A stretch of DNA of 64,000 nt, from positions 14,391 through 78,390 of the forward strand of contig CAWHDT010000002.1 of NCBI GenBank assembly GCA_963828195.1, written 5' to 3'. A program made the translations under genes and the position numbers. Shown here piece after piece: positions 48,464-58,826 of the stretch; position 1 is the stretch's first letter, and each line of letters opens with the position of its first letter. This stretch comes from Candidatus Bathyarchaeota archaeon. GTDB lineage: Archaea; Thermoproteota; Bathyarchaeia; Bathyarchaeales; Bathycorpusculaceae. The notes under the pieces were generated by a model. That model had not been told where the DNA came from and searched no databases. It was given only the letters and a program-made list of their open reading frames with translations.

Positions 48464-49225
48464 ATGACACTATTTTATGACATTCAATCCTTGTTCCAAA
48501 GAGCTTTAACAAAACTCTGGAGAAACCCAACTTTACTGTTTGTCCACCTCTTCACGCCATTGCTGTTTCTGATCCTTTTCTCGCAGTTACTTCAAAAACT
48601 CGGCATTTTTCTAGGACCCACCGGGAGTTACCTTGCTTACCTTACGCCTGGCGTATTGGTGTTGAATTTAGTAATTGGTATGCCGTCTGGCCAGTCGGTT
48701 GTGAGTGATCTTGACTCGGGGTTTCTTCAGAAAGTGCTTTTAACTCCTGCCAGCAGATCGGCAATTTTGCTTGGTCGCTTGATGAGCGACATACTCGTGC
48801 TCATGGCACAGTCAGCCATAATAATTGGAGTAGCAATGCTGCTGGGTCTTAGAATCGCAACCGGGGTCGGTGGACTCTTACTCATTTTCGTGACTTTTGC
48901 CTTCTTCGGACTTGCATGGTTTGGGCTTTCACTTGCCTTGGGCTTGAAGACAAAGAACGCAGAAACTCTATCAGCAATGTCCAACATTATAGCCTTACCA
49001 CTTATCTTCATCAGCAGCGGCCTCTTTCCCACATCAATCATGCCTCTTTGGGCACGAACCGTTTCTGACTACAACCCATTGAGTTATGTCGCAAACGTTA
49101 CAAGGGGCTTAATCGAGGGCGGGTTGACCTGGGGAACGTTTGCTTCTGCTTACGCTGTAATCGGGCTGATTGCAATTCTGACTTTCGCGGCCACTCTGTA
49201 CCTTTTCAGGAAGGTAGTCACCTGA
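48464..49225 (+). CDS. ABC-2 permease (DrrB-like)
   Basis: Six TMs; YLAYLTPG, TPASRSAILLGR, NPLSY. Confidence 0.9.
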   Translation: MTLFYDIQSLFQRALTKLWRNPTLLFVHLFTPLLFLILFSQLLQKLGIFLGPTGSYLAYLTPGVLVLNLVIGMPSGQSVVSDLDSGFLQKVLLTPASRSAILLGRLMSDILVLMAQSAIIIGVAMLLGLRIATGVGGLLLIFVTFAFFGLAWFGLSLALGLKTKNAETLSAMSNIIALPLIFISSGLFPTSIMPLWARTVSDYNPLSYVANVTRGLIEGGLTWGTFASAYAVIGLIAILTFAATLYLFRKVVT

Positions 49226-49355
49226 GAGGACCGAAAAAGGGAAAATGCTGATATTTGGTGTTAGTGACATGCTTGAACTGAAAAAAAATTGCTGTCAATC
49301 GTCAAAAATGAGGTCTGGTGTTAGCGGTCGCTCTATCTCTGTGTCTATAGTCGAA

Positions 49356-50033
49356 TCAGGGTTTGGTTAGGGCAGATTTTAACCCTGTTATTATTACCTG
49401 CAAGCCCCAGTCAAAAGTTTCTGCTGGAGTTGTTTTGCGGTATTCTTCCATAAAGGCTCTTAGGAATGCGTCGTCTTCTGGATTAGGCCCGGCGGATTGG
49501 GTATGTTGTGGGTCGGACAAGTGCGCAATGAGTTCTTCGGGTTCAGTGCCCGCTTGCTCTTCAATCACGAAGCCCCAAACGTAATCGATTGTTGTGGCGG
49601 CAGCTAGACCTGCACGAAGGCTGTCAAACCCAGCTTTGTTTAAAACCCTGGCAGTTTGCCCTAACAGTTTTTCTAAAGCGTAAGCGCGACCAAACGATGC
49701 TCCCGCAACAACGCGTCCGCCGTCTCTGTGAGCAATTAGCGAGTCACGTAGGCAATGCATTAAGTCTGCTAGCCATTGAGGCCAGTTGTTGATGTCGGCT
49801 GGTGGGGTGAAGTTGTCGAGTTTTGCGTTTGAAAGGATGGCTTGGGCCATGTCCTCTGTGAGATCCTGTTTGTCTTTGAAATGCCAGTACAAGGCTGGTG
49901 CTTGTACGTTGAGTTTTGCTGCTATGCGTCGCAGGGTTACGTTTTCTAGGCCTTCAGCGTCTAATATTTCTAATGCGGCTTTTATGACGGCGTCAGGTTG
50001 TATGTGTGGCGTTTTGGTTTTTCTTGTTTTCAT
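49356..50033 (-). CDS. TetR-family regulator (TetR_C type)
   Basis: AALEILDAEGLENVTLRRIAAKLNVQAPALYWHFKDK; FDWGLQVIITGL. Confidence 0.93.
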   Translation of the reverse strand: MKTRKTKTPHIQPDAVIKAALEILDAEGLENVTLRRIAAKLNVQAPALYWHFKDKQDLTEDMAQAILSNAKLDNFTPPADINNWPQWLADLMHCLRDSLIAHRDGGRVVAGASFGRAYALEKLLGQTARVLNKAGFDSLRAGLAAATTIDYVWGFVIEEQAGTEPEELIAHLSDPQHTQSAGPNPEDDAFLRAFMEEYRKTTPAETFDWGLQVIITGLKSALTKP

Positions 50034-50065
50034 TACTGTTGATTGGGTGTCGGCTGTTTATATGT

Positions 50066-50139
50066 TTAACCACGTTAATTGATTATTTAACACAGTTAAG
50101 TATTTATTTAACTATGTTAAGTTACCTTAACAATGTTAA
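50066..50139. promoter_or_regulatory. Four palindromic operators TTAAC-N3-GTTAA, likely TetR sites
   Basis: Copies at 50066, 50087, 50108 and 50127, between divergent tetR and ABC genes. Confidence 0.8.
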
Positions 50140-50156
50140 GTAAATGGGGCTGAAAA

Positions 50157-51110
50157 ATGCAGTCAATCATACATGTAGAAAAATTAACTAAACGCTACCG
50201 CAAAGCCGAGAAACCAGCCGTAGACAACATCAGCTTTGATGTATACCCCGGCGAATTCTTCGCGTTCCTCGGACCCAACGGAGCAGGAAAAACAACCACA
50301 ATATCCATCCTAACCACAACACTGGCAAAAACAAGCGGAAACGTAACAATCGAAGGCTATGACATAAACACTAAAGCAAAAGACGTCCGCCAAAACATAG
50401 GAATTATTTTCCAGAACCCAAGCTTAGACCTCAACTTATCGGCTGAAGAAAATATCCGTTTACACGTAAACCTCTACGGCACTTATGCATACAAACCATT
50501 CTTTCGACTTATGCCCAAGGAATATCAAAATCAGGTTTTAGAGATGGCCGGGTTTATGGGCATACGCGAGGACTTGTTCAAACCCCTTAAAACCTTCTCA
50601 GGCGGAATGAAGCGTAAGCTAGAAATCATCCGCGGGTTAATGAATAAACCCAGAGTGCTGTTCTTAGATGAACCAAGTCAAGGTTTAGATGCCGTTTCCC
50701 GCAGAGATCTATGGATCTATTTACGGAATGTAGCCAAAAACCAAAACATCACAATATTCCTCACCACTCACTATATCGAAGAAGCCGAAAACGCTGACAG
50801 GGTATGCATAGTAAATCATGGGCAAATTATTTTTCTGGGAACACCAAGCGAGATGAAAAACAGGTTACTTGGCAAGTACCTTGTCTTAGATGCTGAAAAC
50901 CGAAGCATGCTGCATTCCCAGATTGCGAACTTTAAGTCAGAGACTACGGTGGACGGTAAGGTAAAAATCTATTTCGAGGAGCAAACTCCACAGAAAATTC
51001 TAGCACAAATCAAGATGCCACTAACTTGCATGGAGCTCCATACACCGACTCTCGAAGAAGCGTACATGGATTTAATCGAAAACAAAACCTCGGAGGCTAC
51101 AGTTCAATGA
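50157..51110 (+). CDS. ABC-2 exporter ATP-binding subunit
   Basis: GPNGAGKTT, FSGGM, LFLDEP, LTTHY. Confidence 0.93.
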   Translation: MQSIIHVEKLTKRYRKAEKPAVDNISFDVYPGEFFAFLGPNGAGKTTTISILTTTLAKTSGNVTIEGYDINTKAKDVRQNIGIIFQNPSLDLNLSAEENIRLHVNLYGTYAYKPFFRLMPKEYQNQVLEMAGFMGIREDLFKPLKTFSGGMKRKLEIIRGLMNKPRVLFLDEPSQGLDAVSRRDLWIYLRNVAKNQNITIFLTTHYIEEAENADRVCIVNHGQIIFLGTPSEMKNRLLGKYLVLDAENRSMLHSQIANFKSETTVDGKVKIYFEEQTPQKILAQIKMPLTCMELHTPTLEEAYMDLIENKTSEATVQ

Positions 51111-51904
51111 AGCCATTTCAAAAAGACCTAAACGCAATTGTAGTTATTGCTGGACGAGAGGTTCTGCGATTCTTTAAAGATTGGAAAACTTCACTTGTGT
51201 TTAGCTTTATGTTCCCAGTTCTGTTTCTGGGAATTCTGGGTGGCGTTATTGCACAAAACTTAGGTGGCGGTCTAGGGTACAATTACCTTCAGTTTGCGCT
51301 TTTAGGAATGGTCGCCGCAACAATTTCCATGAACACTATGCTGAGCGTCACCTCCCTTGTCGAAGACCGAGAAAATGATTTCACACAAGAAATCTTTGTA
51401 GCTCCAATATCGCGCTACTCAATCATACTCGGTAAAATCATAGGAGGCAGCATCACAAGCATACTGCAGCTTTTTGTATTCGTCATCATCGCTCCCATTA
51501 TGGGCATATCCATCGGGCTGTCGGCAATCGGCTGGATCCTTGCGCTGTCGCCACTTATCTGCATATCAGGCGGAACTCTCGGTGTGTTAGTTGCCAGCAT
51601 ATTTAGCAGCAGCCCAAAAAATGCGGATAGAGGCGTAATCCTGTTCACATTTGCCCAGATGTTTCTCTCAGGCGCATTCATACCGATAAACAAATCTAAC
51701 GGCGTCTTGAGCGCTCTATCTCATGCCATGCCACTGACTTATGTAGTTGATTTACTCAGAGGACTAGTCTATCAAGGCACACCATACTACAGCCAAATAG
51801 CTCTATACAACCCACTGCTCGATTTAGCGATAGTCGCCGCAATTTCAATAGCATCTTTCGTAATTGGAACATTCCTCTTCGTGCGAAGCGAAAGAAACCG
51901 ATGA
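51107..51904 (+). CDS. ABC-2 permease
   Basis: DRENDFTQEIFVAPISR..I.LGK, PLTY; ATGA overlap with the upstream gene. Confidence 0.9.
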   Translation: MKPFQKDLNAIVVIAGREVLRFFKDWKTSLVFSFMFPVLFLGILGGVIAQNLGGGLGYNYLQFALLGMVAATISMNTMLSVTSLVEDRENDFTQEIFVAPISRYSIILGKIIGGSITSILQLFVFVIIAPIMGISIGLSAIGWILALSPLICISGGTLGVLVASIFSSSPKNADRGVILFTFAQMFLSGAFIPINKSNGVLSALSHAMPLTYVVDLLRGLVYQGTPYYSQIALYNPLLDLAIVAAISIASFVIGTFLFVRSERNR

Positions 51905-52158
51905 TGATGAACGAATTTCAGAAAAGGAAAAAATACCCAATTTTTCTCTTCTTAATTTTTTACTCACCTTGCTTCAGGGAAAAATGCTAATCTTTTGAGC
52001 TGCGAGCAGTTTACTCGTTACTCTCTAATCGCCCTGAAGAATTCTTAAAATTTCAATGGGTCTTGCCCCTGAGCTTACCTTGCATCTGAGAAGGGGGGAA
52101 TGTTTTTAGGTTATATTTTAGTTTCCTACCGTCATTACTAATAAGTGGATTGATTAGC

Positions 52159-54633
52159 ATGCAGCCTATGCCAAAAGAATACAACTTTGCCGAGATTGAG
52201 CGTAAGTGGCAAAGTAAATGGGAAGAAATGGGCATTTACCATTACGATTGGAACGACAAAGAGCGGGTTCCCTTCAGCATTGATACGCCGCCGCCTTACC
52301 CGTCAGGCGAGCTGCACATGGGCAACGTGCTCAACTGGACTTATTTTGATATGGTTGCACGCTTCAAGCGCATGCAGGGCTTCAATGTGCTTTTTCCGCA
52401 GGGCTGGGACTGCCACGGCTTGGGCATTGAAATCCAAGTTGAAAAAGCCAGAAACATACGCAAACGAGATGTTCCTCCTGACCAGTTCCGCGCTTGGTGC
52501 ATCGAGCTGGTTGAAAAATACATTGCGATGATGAAGGAGGGTATCCTGAAGATGGGGGCAAGCATAGATTGGACCACCGAATACAAAACGATGGACCCAG
52601 ACTACTGGCGCCGCACCCAACTTAGCTTTGTTCTGCTTCACCAGAAAGGTTTCATGTACCAGGGCACTCACCCAGTGAATTGGTGTCCACACGACGAAAC
52701 CGCTATAGCTGACGCAGAGGTTGACCACATAAAAAAAGATGGTTTTCTGCACTACATTCGTTTCCAGCTTGAAGGCAGCAACGAATACCTGCTTATAGCA
52801 ACCTCGCGACCCGAATTCATCCCTGCCTGCGTTGCAGTGGAAGTCAACCCGGCTGACGAGCGCTACAGCAAATACATCGGCAGAAAAATCGCTGTGCCCC
52901 TGATGAACCGCGCTGTAACCATCATAGGCGATGACTGCGTTGACACCAAATTCGGCACAGGAGTCGTGCAGATCTGCACTTACGGAGACAAAGAAGACGT
53001 TAAAACCGTCATAAAACACAAACTCCCAGTCATCCAGCTCTTAACAGAAACCGGCCAAATCAGCGAAGCAGGCTGCAAATACGCAGGCAAATACGTTAAC
53101 CAAGCCCGCGCAGCCATCGTTGAAGACCTCACCGCAGCAGGGTTGCTGGAGAAAACAGAGAAAATCCAGCATGAAGTCGGAGTCTGCGACCGCTGCAAAG
53201 CCCAAGTTGAAATCTTAGAAGTCAAGCAATGGTTCATGAAAACCATGCCGTTATCCGAGGCGGTGGAGAAAGCCGCAAACGAGATCCCATGGTACCCAGA
53301 CTACATGAAAAACCGCCTCATCGACTGGACCCGCGCGCTGGATTGGGATTGGGTTGTTAGCCGCCAAAGATTGTTCGCCACGCCGATCCCAGTTTGGTAC
53401 TGCAAAAGCTGTGGCGAAGTTATTGTTGCCCAAGAAAGCTGGGTGCCGATTGACCCGCGAATGGAAAAACCCAGAATAGATAAATGCCCCAAATGCGGCG
53501 GAACCGAATTTAGCGGTGAACCCGATGTTTTGGACACGTGGATGGATTCCTCAATCACCTGCGCTGTCCACGCTGGCTGGCCTGACCGAGCGGACTGGAA
53601 GCACCTGTTCCCCGCAAGCATGCACCCATCAGGCACAGACATCATCCGAACCTGGGCCTACTACCTTATGGTACGTCACTTAGCCCTATTCGATGAACGC
53701 CCATTTAACAGCGTCCTCATAAACGGCATGGTACTTGGCGCTGACGGCAGAAAAATGAGCAAGTCACTCAAAAACTACGCTGCCGCCCCAGAAGTTCTCA
53801 ACAAGAACGGCGCCGACGCAGTCAGGCAATGGGCTGCAGCTGGAGGAGCAACAGGATCAGACATTCCTTACCGCGCCCAAGATGTTGAATATGGCAGGCG
53901 CTTCTTAGTTAAATTGTGGAATGCATCGGGTTTCACCGCTAGCCTCTTAGCTGACTACAAACCTGTAAACGTCAAAGATTTGAATCTTCAGCCGCTTGAC
54001 AAATGGATATTAAGCAAAGCTGAAAACATAACCAAAAAAGTCACCGATGAATTTGAGAAATGCCAATTTAACGTTGCCATCGAAGACGTACGCAATTTCA
54101 CTTGGCACGTACTTTGCGATTACTATGTTGAAGCAGTAAAAGATAGGCTCTACAACCCAGATTTGCATGGACAACCCAAAAAGTTGGCAGCTCAATACGC
54201 CCTATACGAGGTTCTGTACCGCATGCTGCAGCTACTTGCGCCCGTAACTCCTCATGTCACTGAAGAGATTTACCAGCACATGTTCGCAGCTGACAAGGGT
54301 TTTGAGAGCCTGCAGGTTTCGCCTTGGCCAAAATTCAACGCGGCGCTCGTGGATGAGGCGGCAGAGAAGAACGGCGACTTAATCATCGCAATCATCGGTG
54401 AAGTGCGTCATGAGAAGGCAGAGAAAAAACTGCCGCTGAACGCTCCAGTCAAAAACCTGGTTGTTTACGCTGGAGACGATGAGACAGCGAAAATTATCTG
54501 TTCAGCCAGCGGAGACATCGCAGGAACCTTGAAAGTAACTAACATAGAAGTGGTTGCTGAAAAAACCAGTGAAGGACGCCAAGTCTGCCCTTACAATGTG
54601 AGCATCAAAGTTGAATACGAGGCTAAAGTGTGA
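52159..54633 (+). CDS. valS: Valine--tRNA ligase (archaeal type)
   Basis: DTPPPYPSGELHMGN, WDWVVSRQR, DTWMDSS, KMSKS. Confidence 0.96.
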   Translation: MQPMPKEYNFAEIERKWQSKWEEMGIYHYDWNDKERVPFSIDTPPPYPSGELHMGNVLNWTYFDMVARFKRMQGFNVLFPQGWDCHGLGIEIQVEKARNIRKRDVPPDQFRAWCIELVEKYIAMMKEGILKMGASIDWTTEYKTMDPDYWRRTQLSFVLLHQKGFMYQGTHPVNWCPHDETAIADAEVDHIKKDGFLHYIRFQLEGSNEYLLIATSRPEFIPACVAVEVNPADERYSKYIGRKIAVPLMNRAVTIIGDDCVDTKFGTGVVQICTYGDKEDVKTVIKHKLPVIQLLTETGQISEAGCKYAGKYVNQARAAIVEDLTAAGLLEKTEKIQHEVGVCDRCKAQVEILEVKQWFMKTMPLSEAVEKAANEIPWYPDYMKNRLIDWTRALDWDWVVSRQRLFATPIPVWYCKSCGEVIVAQESWVPIDPRMEKPRIDKCPKCGGTEFSGEPDVLDTWMDSSITCAVHAGWPDRADWKHLFPASMHPSGTDIIRTWAYYLMVRHLALFDERPFNSVLINGMVLGADGRKMSKSLKNYAAAPEVLNKNGADAVRQWAAAGGATGSDIPYRAQDVEYGRRFLVKLWNASGFTASLLADYKPVNVKDLNLQPLDKWILSKAENITKKVTDEFEKCQFNVAIEDVRNFTWHVLCDYYVEAVKDRLYNPDLHGQPKKLAAQYALYEVLYRMLQLLAPVTPHVTEEIYQHMFAADKGFESLQVSPWPKFNAALVDEAAEKNGDLIIAIIGEVRHEKAEKKLPLNAPVKNLVVYAGDDETAKIICSASGDIAGTLKVTNIEVVAEKTSEGRQVCPYNVSIKVEYEAKV

Positions 54634-55370
54634 ACGTAAAAAAAGTCGGTTTGATTGGCTGCGGCGTAATAGGCACCGTAATTGCAGAAGCCATAGAGCG
54701 AAAACTTGTAGAGTGCCGAGAACTGGTTATCTACGATGTTGACCCTTCAAGAGCACAGGAGCTTAAGGCTAAACTTGATTTTCCCGTATTGATCGTTGGA
54801 AGCGTTGATGAGTTACTTGCCCAAAAACCCAAAGTCATTGTGGAAGCAGCCTCACAGCAGGCGGTAAGAGATTACGTGGCAAAAATCGTTTCCTCAGGAC
54901 TCGATCTAATCGTGATGAGCACCGGTGCATTACTTGATCTAGACATTAATTCAAGCAAAATTCATTTTTCTTCAGGAGCCATCGGCGGTTTAGATGCCCT
55001 CTCCGGCGCAGCACTAGCGGGAATTGACGAAGTTGTTCTGACGTCACGCAAAAACCCCAAAGCCTTCGGAGTATACAATACGCAAGAAAAAGTAATTTAT
55101 GAAGGCTACGCTGAAGAAGCAGCAAAAAAGTTCCCGCGGGAAATGAATGTAGCCGCGACTTTAGCGTTAACGGTTAAACCAGCCAAAGTTAAAGTTCGAG
55201 TGGTCTCAGACCCAGCGGTGAAACGGAACACGCATGAGATTGAGGTTAAATGGCGGTTCGGCGAGATGTTTCTGCGTTTCGCAAACGACCCGCACCCAGA
55301 CAACCCCCATACCAGCGCGCTAGCAGCGTGGTCAGCCATCAAATTGTTGCAGACACTCCTAAAAACCTAA
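54630..55370 (+). CDS. nadX: L-aspartate dehydrogenase
   Basis: GCGVIG, VEAAS, SGAIGGLD, FPREMNVAA, NTHEI, NPHTSALAA. Confidence 0.9.
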   Translation: MNVKKVGLIGCGVIGTVIAEAIERKLVECRELVIYDVDPSRAQELKAKLDFPVLIVGSVDELLAQKPKVIVEAASQQAVRDYVAKIVSSGLDLIVMSTGALLDLDINSSKIHFSSGAIGGLDALSGAALAGIDEVVLTSRKNPKAFGVYNTQEKVIYEGYAEEAAKKFPREMNVAATLALTVKPAKVKVRVVSDPAVKRNTHEIEVKWRFGEMFLRFANDPHPDNPHTSALAAWSAIKLLQTLLKT

Positions 55371-55610
55371 ACCTCAGCCTTTCGGCAACAACCAAAAAAT
55401 CACCTATTTTGCCAAAAAAATCAGGAACAAAAAAACGCAAATAAAACCCTAAACCAAAAAAACAACCTGAATTAAGCCCTGAATCCGACCAGCCTACCCT
55501 ATGAGAGGGTCTAGTATTTGTGCCAAAAGCCCAACACAAATATGGGTTCCACAAAAATACAACTAAAAATTTACTACAAAAAATAAAAAGAAAAGAAATA
55601 AAGAATACGT

Positions 55611-57155
55611 TTATTCGCTGTTTTTACTGGAGTCTTCGGTTTCTGTTGCGGCGGTTTCTTCGCTGTTTTGCTCTGCTGCTTCCGTCTGCCCCAGATGTGG
55701 GGCCTCTAAAGGGTGGGCTGGAAGTGTAGTCTCCTCGACCATGATTGGAGCGACAAAGGTTTCTATTGTTGGTTCCATTACTTTTTCAAGGGTTATCTCA
55801 ATCGGAGCTGATTCTGGAATAACCTCAAAATCCTGCAGGTCCTTAACTGTTGTCTGTTCGGGTTCTTCTTCGGCAATCATTTCAGCTGGAGCAATCTCTA
55901 CTATTTGAGCTTCAGCTTCGGGCTGCTCAATTGTTGGCTCAACGGCAACTTCGACTGGCGTAACAATTTCTGTTTCAGCTTCCATCGAGGGCTCTTCATG
56001 TACAGGCGCTGGTTCTTCTATTGGGGCGGCTTCCAAGTTTATGATTGGTTCTTGCGGCGCGGGCTCAGTCACTTCTGGTTCTGCTGGGGCAATTTCAGGC
56101 GCTGGCTCATTTAATAGTTGGACCTCTGGTTCGGGGGCTGCAATTGGAGCTGTTTCTGTCGGAGCTGGGTTTTCAATTGGGGCCTCTTCGATTGGGGCTT
56201 CAAATATTGGAGCTTCTGCAGGGGTTATCTCTATGTGAGCTGTTTCAATGCTTGGAGTTTCTATCGGAGCAGCTTCAACAACGGGAGCTTCAACTGGAGC
56301 GGCTTCGGCAACTGGAACTTCAACGACTGCAGTGGTCTCGACTGGAGTGACTTCAACGGGAACAGTCTCTACTGTTGGAGTTTCAACGGGGGCAGTTTCA
56401 ACTGGAGCTTCAACAACCGTCTCAACTTCTGGGGCTACATCGGCTTTTGCGACTTCGATTGGCGCTGTTTCAACTGCAGCAGTTTCGATTGGAACTTGAA
56501 CAGTTTCTATTGGCGCTGGTTCTACGGGCGCTGTTTCCACTGGAGCGCTTTCCGCCGTCGCCATTTCTGCTTTTACAGTTTCAATAGGAATTTCAGCAGG
56601 GGCAGCTTCAATTGGGGCGAGAGTTACTGGCGATGTTTCCACTGCAATTTCAACTGGGGCAGCTTCAACAGGAGCCTCAATTGGAGTTGGTTCTACCGGC
56701 GCTGGCTGCACAACTTCGATGACTGGAGCAACTGGTTCCGGGGCTGCGGGAGCCTGCATTGTGGGAGGTGAGGTTAGTTGGTTTGCGGATTGTTTGATTG
56801 TGTTTAGTTCGTTTCGGGTTGTTTCTAATCCGGTTGTGAGCAGACCTATTTCTTGCTGATAAATTGCTTCGTCGATTTCTCCGACTACATGTTGAATTTC
56901 ATAGTTAGCAAGAAGTGTTTCTAACGTTTTGATTTGATTTTCCAGTTCCTGAGTTTTTATTGCCATGTTTTCAATTAGTTCTTTCTGCTGCTTTTCGATT
57001 TCCAAAATTGCTGCGTTGATGTCGTTGGTAAATGAGTCACGGGTGGATTGTGAAATTTTGCCGCTTTCTAAAAGCCTGTCTAGCGCTTGCTTCTTTTTAT
57101 TAGCTATTTCGTATTCTTCGTTTAATCGTTTAAATGTATATTTCCATGAAATCAA
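55611..57155 (-). CDS. CdvA-like coiled-coil protein with a long acidic P/E/A/V/T-rich tail
   Basis: KKKQALDRLLESGKISQSTRD...LANYEIQHVVGEIDE resembles the CdvA coiled-coil region; then about 390 aa of APVE/APIE repeats; TTG start after GGTG. Confidence 0.72.
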   Translation of the reverse strand: MISWKYTFKRLNEEYEIANKKKQALDRLLESGKISQSTRDSFTNDINAAILEIEKQQKELIENMAIKTQELENQIKTLETLLANYEIQHVVGEIDEAIYQQEIGLLTTGLETTRNELNTIKQSANQLTSPPTMQAPAAPEPVAPVIEVVQPAPVEPTPIEAPVEAAPVEIAVETSPVTLAPIEAAPAEIPIETVKAEMATAESAPVETAPVEPAPIETVQVPIETAAVETAPIEVAKADVAPEVETVVEAPVETAPVETPTVETVPVEVTPVETTAVVEVPVAEAAPVEAPVVEAAPIETPSIETAHIEITPAEAPIFEAPIEEAPIENPAPTETAPIAAPEPEVQLLNEPAPEIAPAEPEVTEPAPQEPIINLEAAPIEEPAPVHEEPSMEAETEIVTPVEVAVEPTIEQPEAEAQIVEIAPAEMIAEEEPEQTTVKDLQDFEVIPESAPIEITLEKVMEPTIETFVAPIMVEETTLPAHPLEAPHLGQTEAAEQNSEETAATETEDSSKNSE

Positions 57156-57548
57156 TTTTAGTGCACCGAACACCTTTAACGTAAAAGAAGAGATAACGTT
57201 TCTTAACATGCACGTATATCGCTGAATAGTAAAAATGGATATTGAGGCGGAAAAATAGAAGTTTTGCGTTAAATTTGTCTTATGCCCCTGAGCGGTTATG
57301 TATATGAAAAATGAAAATTTTTTACCCTGTGCTTCAGGGCTATGACATTTCCATGTCAAATAGCTAGGCTTCGCTGTCCTGCTATGGCATCATATGTTAA
57401 AATGTGCAGGGCCTATTTGCGACGATGCAAGCTTCTTCACAGGTTTAATATGTTTATACTTTTCAGTTTTTGTTACAATATATTATTCTAAATCCGAATA
57501 AGTCTTATATATCTAAACACGAATAAACATTAGTGAGCGTGAAAAAAC

Positions 57549-57920
57549 ATGGTAGCATTAACAATAACAGTAAACAGCGAAAAATCAGAAGCAAGAATAC
57601 TAAAAAAAATGCATGAAAAAGTCATCAAAAGCTTCATGGACACAATAATAATGGGCGAACTACAAAATGGACCCATAAGCGGATACGACGTCATATCATT
57701 CATACACAACAAATTCGGCTTCCTCGTCAGCTCAGGCACAGTCTACTCACTCCTATACTCGCTTGAAAGAAACGGCCTCGTTGAAGGAGTATGGATCGAA
57801 AGAAAAAGAGTCTACAAACTCACCGAAAAAGGCTCAAGAACCATCGAAACCATACTTAACTCGCAGGATAAAATCAAAAGCTTCATGACAACCATCCTAA
57901 GAGCTCAGACAATCCAGTAA
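57549..57920 (+). CDS. PadR-family regulator
   Basis: GPISGYDVI...SSGTVYSLLYSLERNGLV...RVYKLTEKG. Confidence 0.92.
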   Translation: MVALTITVNSEKSEARILKKMHEKVIKSFMDTIIMGELQNGPISGYDVISFIHNKFGFLVSSGTVYSLLYSLERNGLVEGVWIERKRVYKLTEKGSRTIETILNSQDKIKSFMTTILRAQTIQ

Positions 57921-57999
57921 ACTATTTTTTTATCTCTTTTCTAATCGAAACGCTAAAAAAGCCCTTCTTGTTTTCCTATCAGTCCGCAACAACTAAAGC

Positions 58000-58074
58000 G
58001 GGTCCGTAGCTCAGTCAGGCTAGAGCACCGGACTTTTAATCCGGGGGTCGCGGGTTCAATTCCCGTCGGACCCG
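58000..58074 (+). tRNA. tRNA-Lys(TTT)
   Basis: Acceptor GGGTCCG/CGGACCC, anticodon arm CCGGA-CTTTTAA-TCCGG, T arm GGTTCAATTCC. Confidence 0.95.
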
Positions 58075-58314
58075 CCCCTGCACAACTACATTTATACTGA
58101 ATCTTCCGCTTTCTCCCCTCTCTTTTTTTAGTTTAAAATTAGTTAGCGTACGCTCCAGAATAGACGATTTTTCAGGGAAAGAACTTCGCTGTATGGATTG
58201 CTTTTTTTGGTGTGGCCGCTGCTCTGAGCCCACCTTGAAAGGTAAGAAGTCAATTGGTCAAATAGCTTCAAGCAGCGCTTGCTCTAAGCTCCAGCCCAGA
58301 GGAGGCAGCCCTAA

Positions 58315-58578
58315 ATGAGCTTTGCCGCCGATTCGTTTAAGCCTCCATGTCTTCTCGGATACTATCCCTGCCTAAGTAATCCATCATCGAAAGACTGCGG
58401 AGTATTGGATACTTGTTCTAAGGACTTGTTTTTCTGCAAGTTTGCAAAGTTGGCGTTGGCTGATGGAACCGATATTTCTTGTAAGCGGTACAGTTTTGCT
58501 AATCGACATTGTACGCATGGAGGCGGCTCTTGTCCTGGGCGGGGAGCTCTTGAGCATCGACGTTTTGGAGGAAGGTAA
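58315..58578 (+). CDS. Small Cys-rich hypothetical protein
   Basis: GGAGG upstream; 8 Cys; stop abuts the next gene. Confidence 0.4.
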   Translation: MSFAADSFKPPCLLGYYPCLSNPSSKDCGVLDTCSKDLFFCKFAKLALADGTDISCKRYSFANRHCTHGGGSCPGRGALEHRRFGGR

Positions 58579-58580
58579 CG

Positions 58581-58826
58581 ATGATTCAAAACGGCGATGG
58601 TTCAATAAAAGACCGAATTAAATCTGATGTTTTACAAGAAATCCAGCGCGTCTTACTAACATACGAAGAAAGAATCGCTGTTCTAGAAAAAGAAAACCGA
58701 CTGCTTTGGGAAGAAAACCGAAAACTTTGCAGTACGTTAGATGACCTAACGCTTTACATTGATGCTTTTGAGGAAGAAATGAAAGCGAAAATAAATGATG
58801 CCTTATCCAACTGGACGGAGCTTTGA
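58581..58826 (+). CDS. Small coiled-coil hypothetical protein
   Basis: SD GGAGG; heptad pattern; TTGA overlap with the next gene. Confidence 0.6.
   Translation: MIQNGDGSIKDRIKSDVLQEIQRVLLTYEERIAVLEKENRLLWEENRKLCSTLDDLTLYIDAFEEEMKAKINDALSNWTEL

Noticed and set aside
52303-53019. 238-aa antisense ORF and similar shadow ORFs inside long genes
   Set aside because: Fully overlap well-supported genes on the opposite strand and have no motifs.
55900-56780. Repetitive DNA and long + strand ORFs as CRISPR or separate genes
   Set aside because: The repeats are degenerate codons of the APVE/APIE tail on the minus strand; no constant repeat-spacer structure.
58036-58233. 65-aa minus-strand ORF
   Set aside because: Antisense to tRNA-Lys; RRELNPRPPD is a typical tRNA shadow translation.
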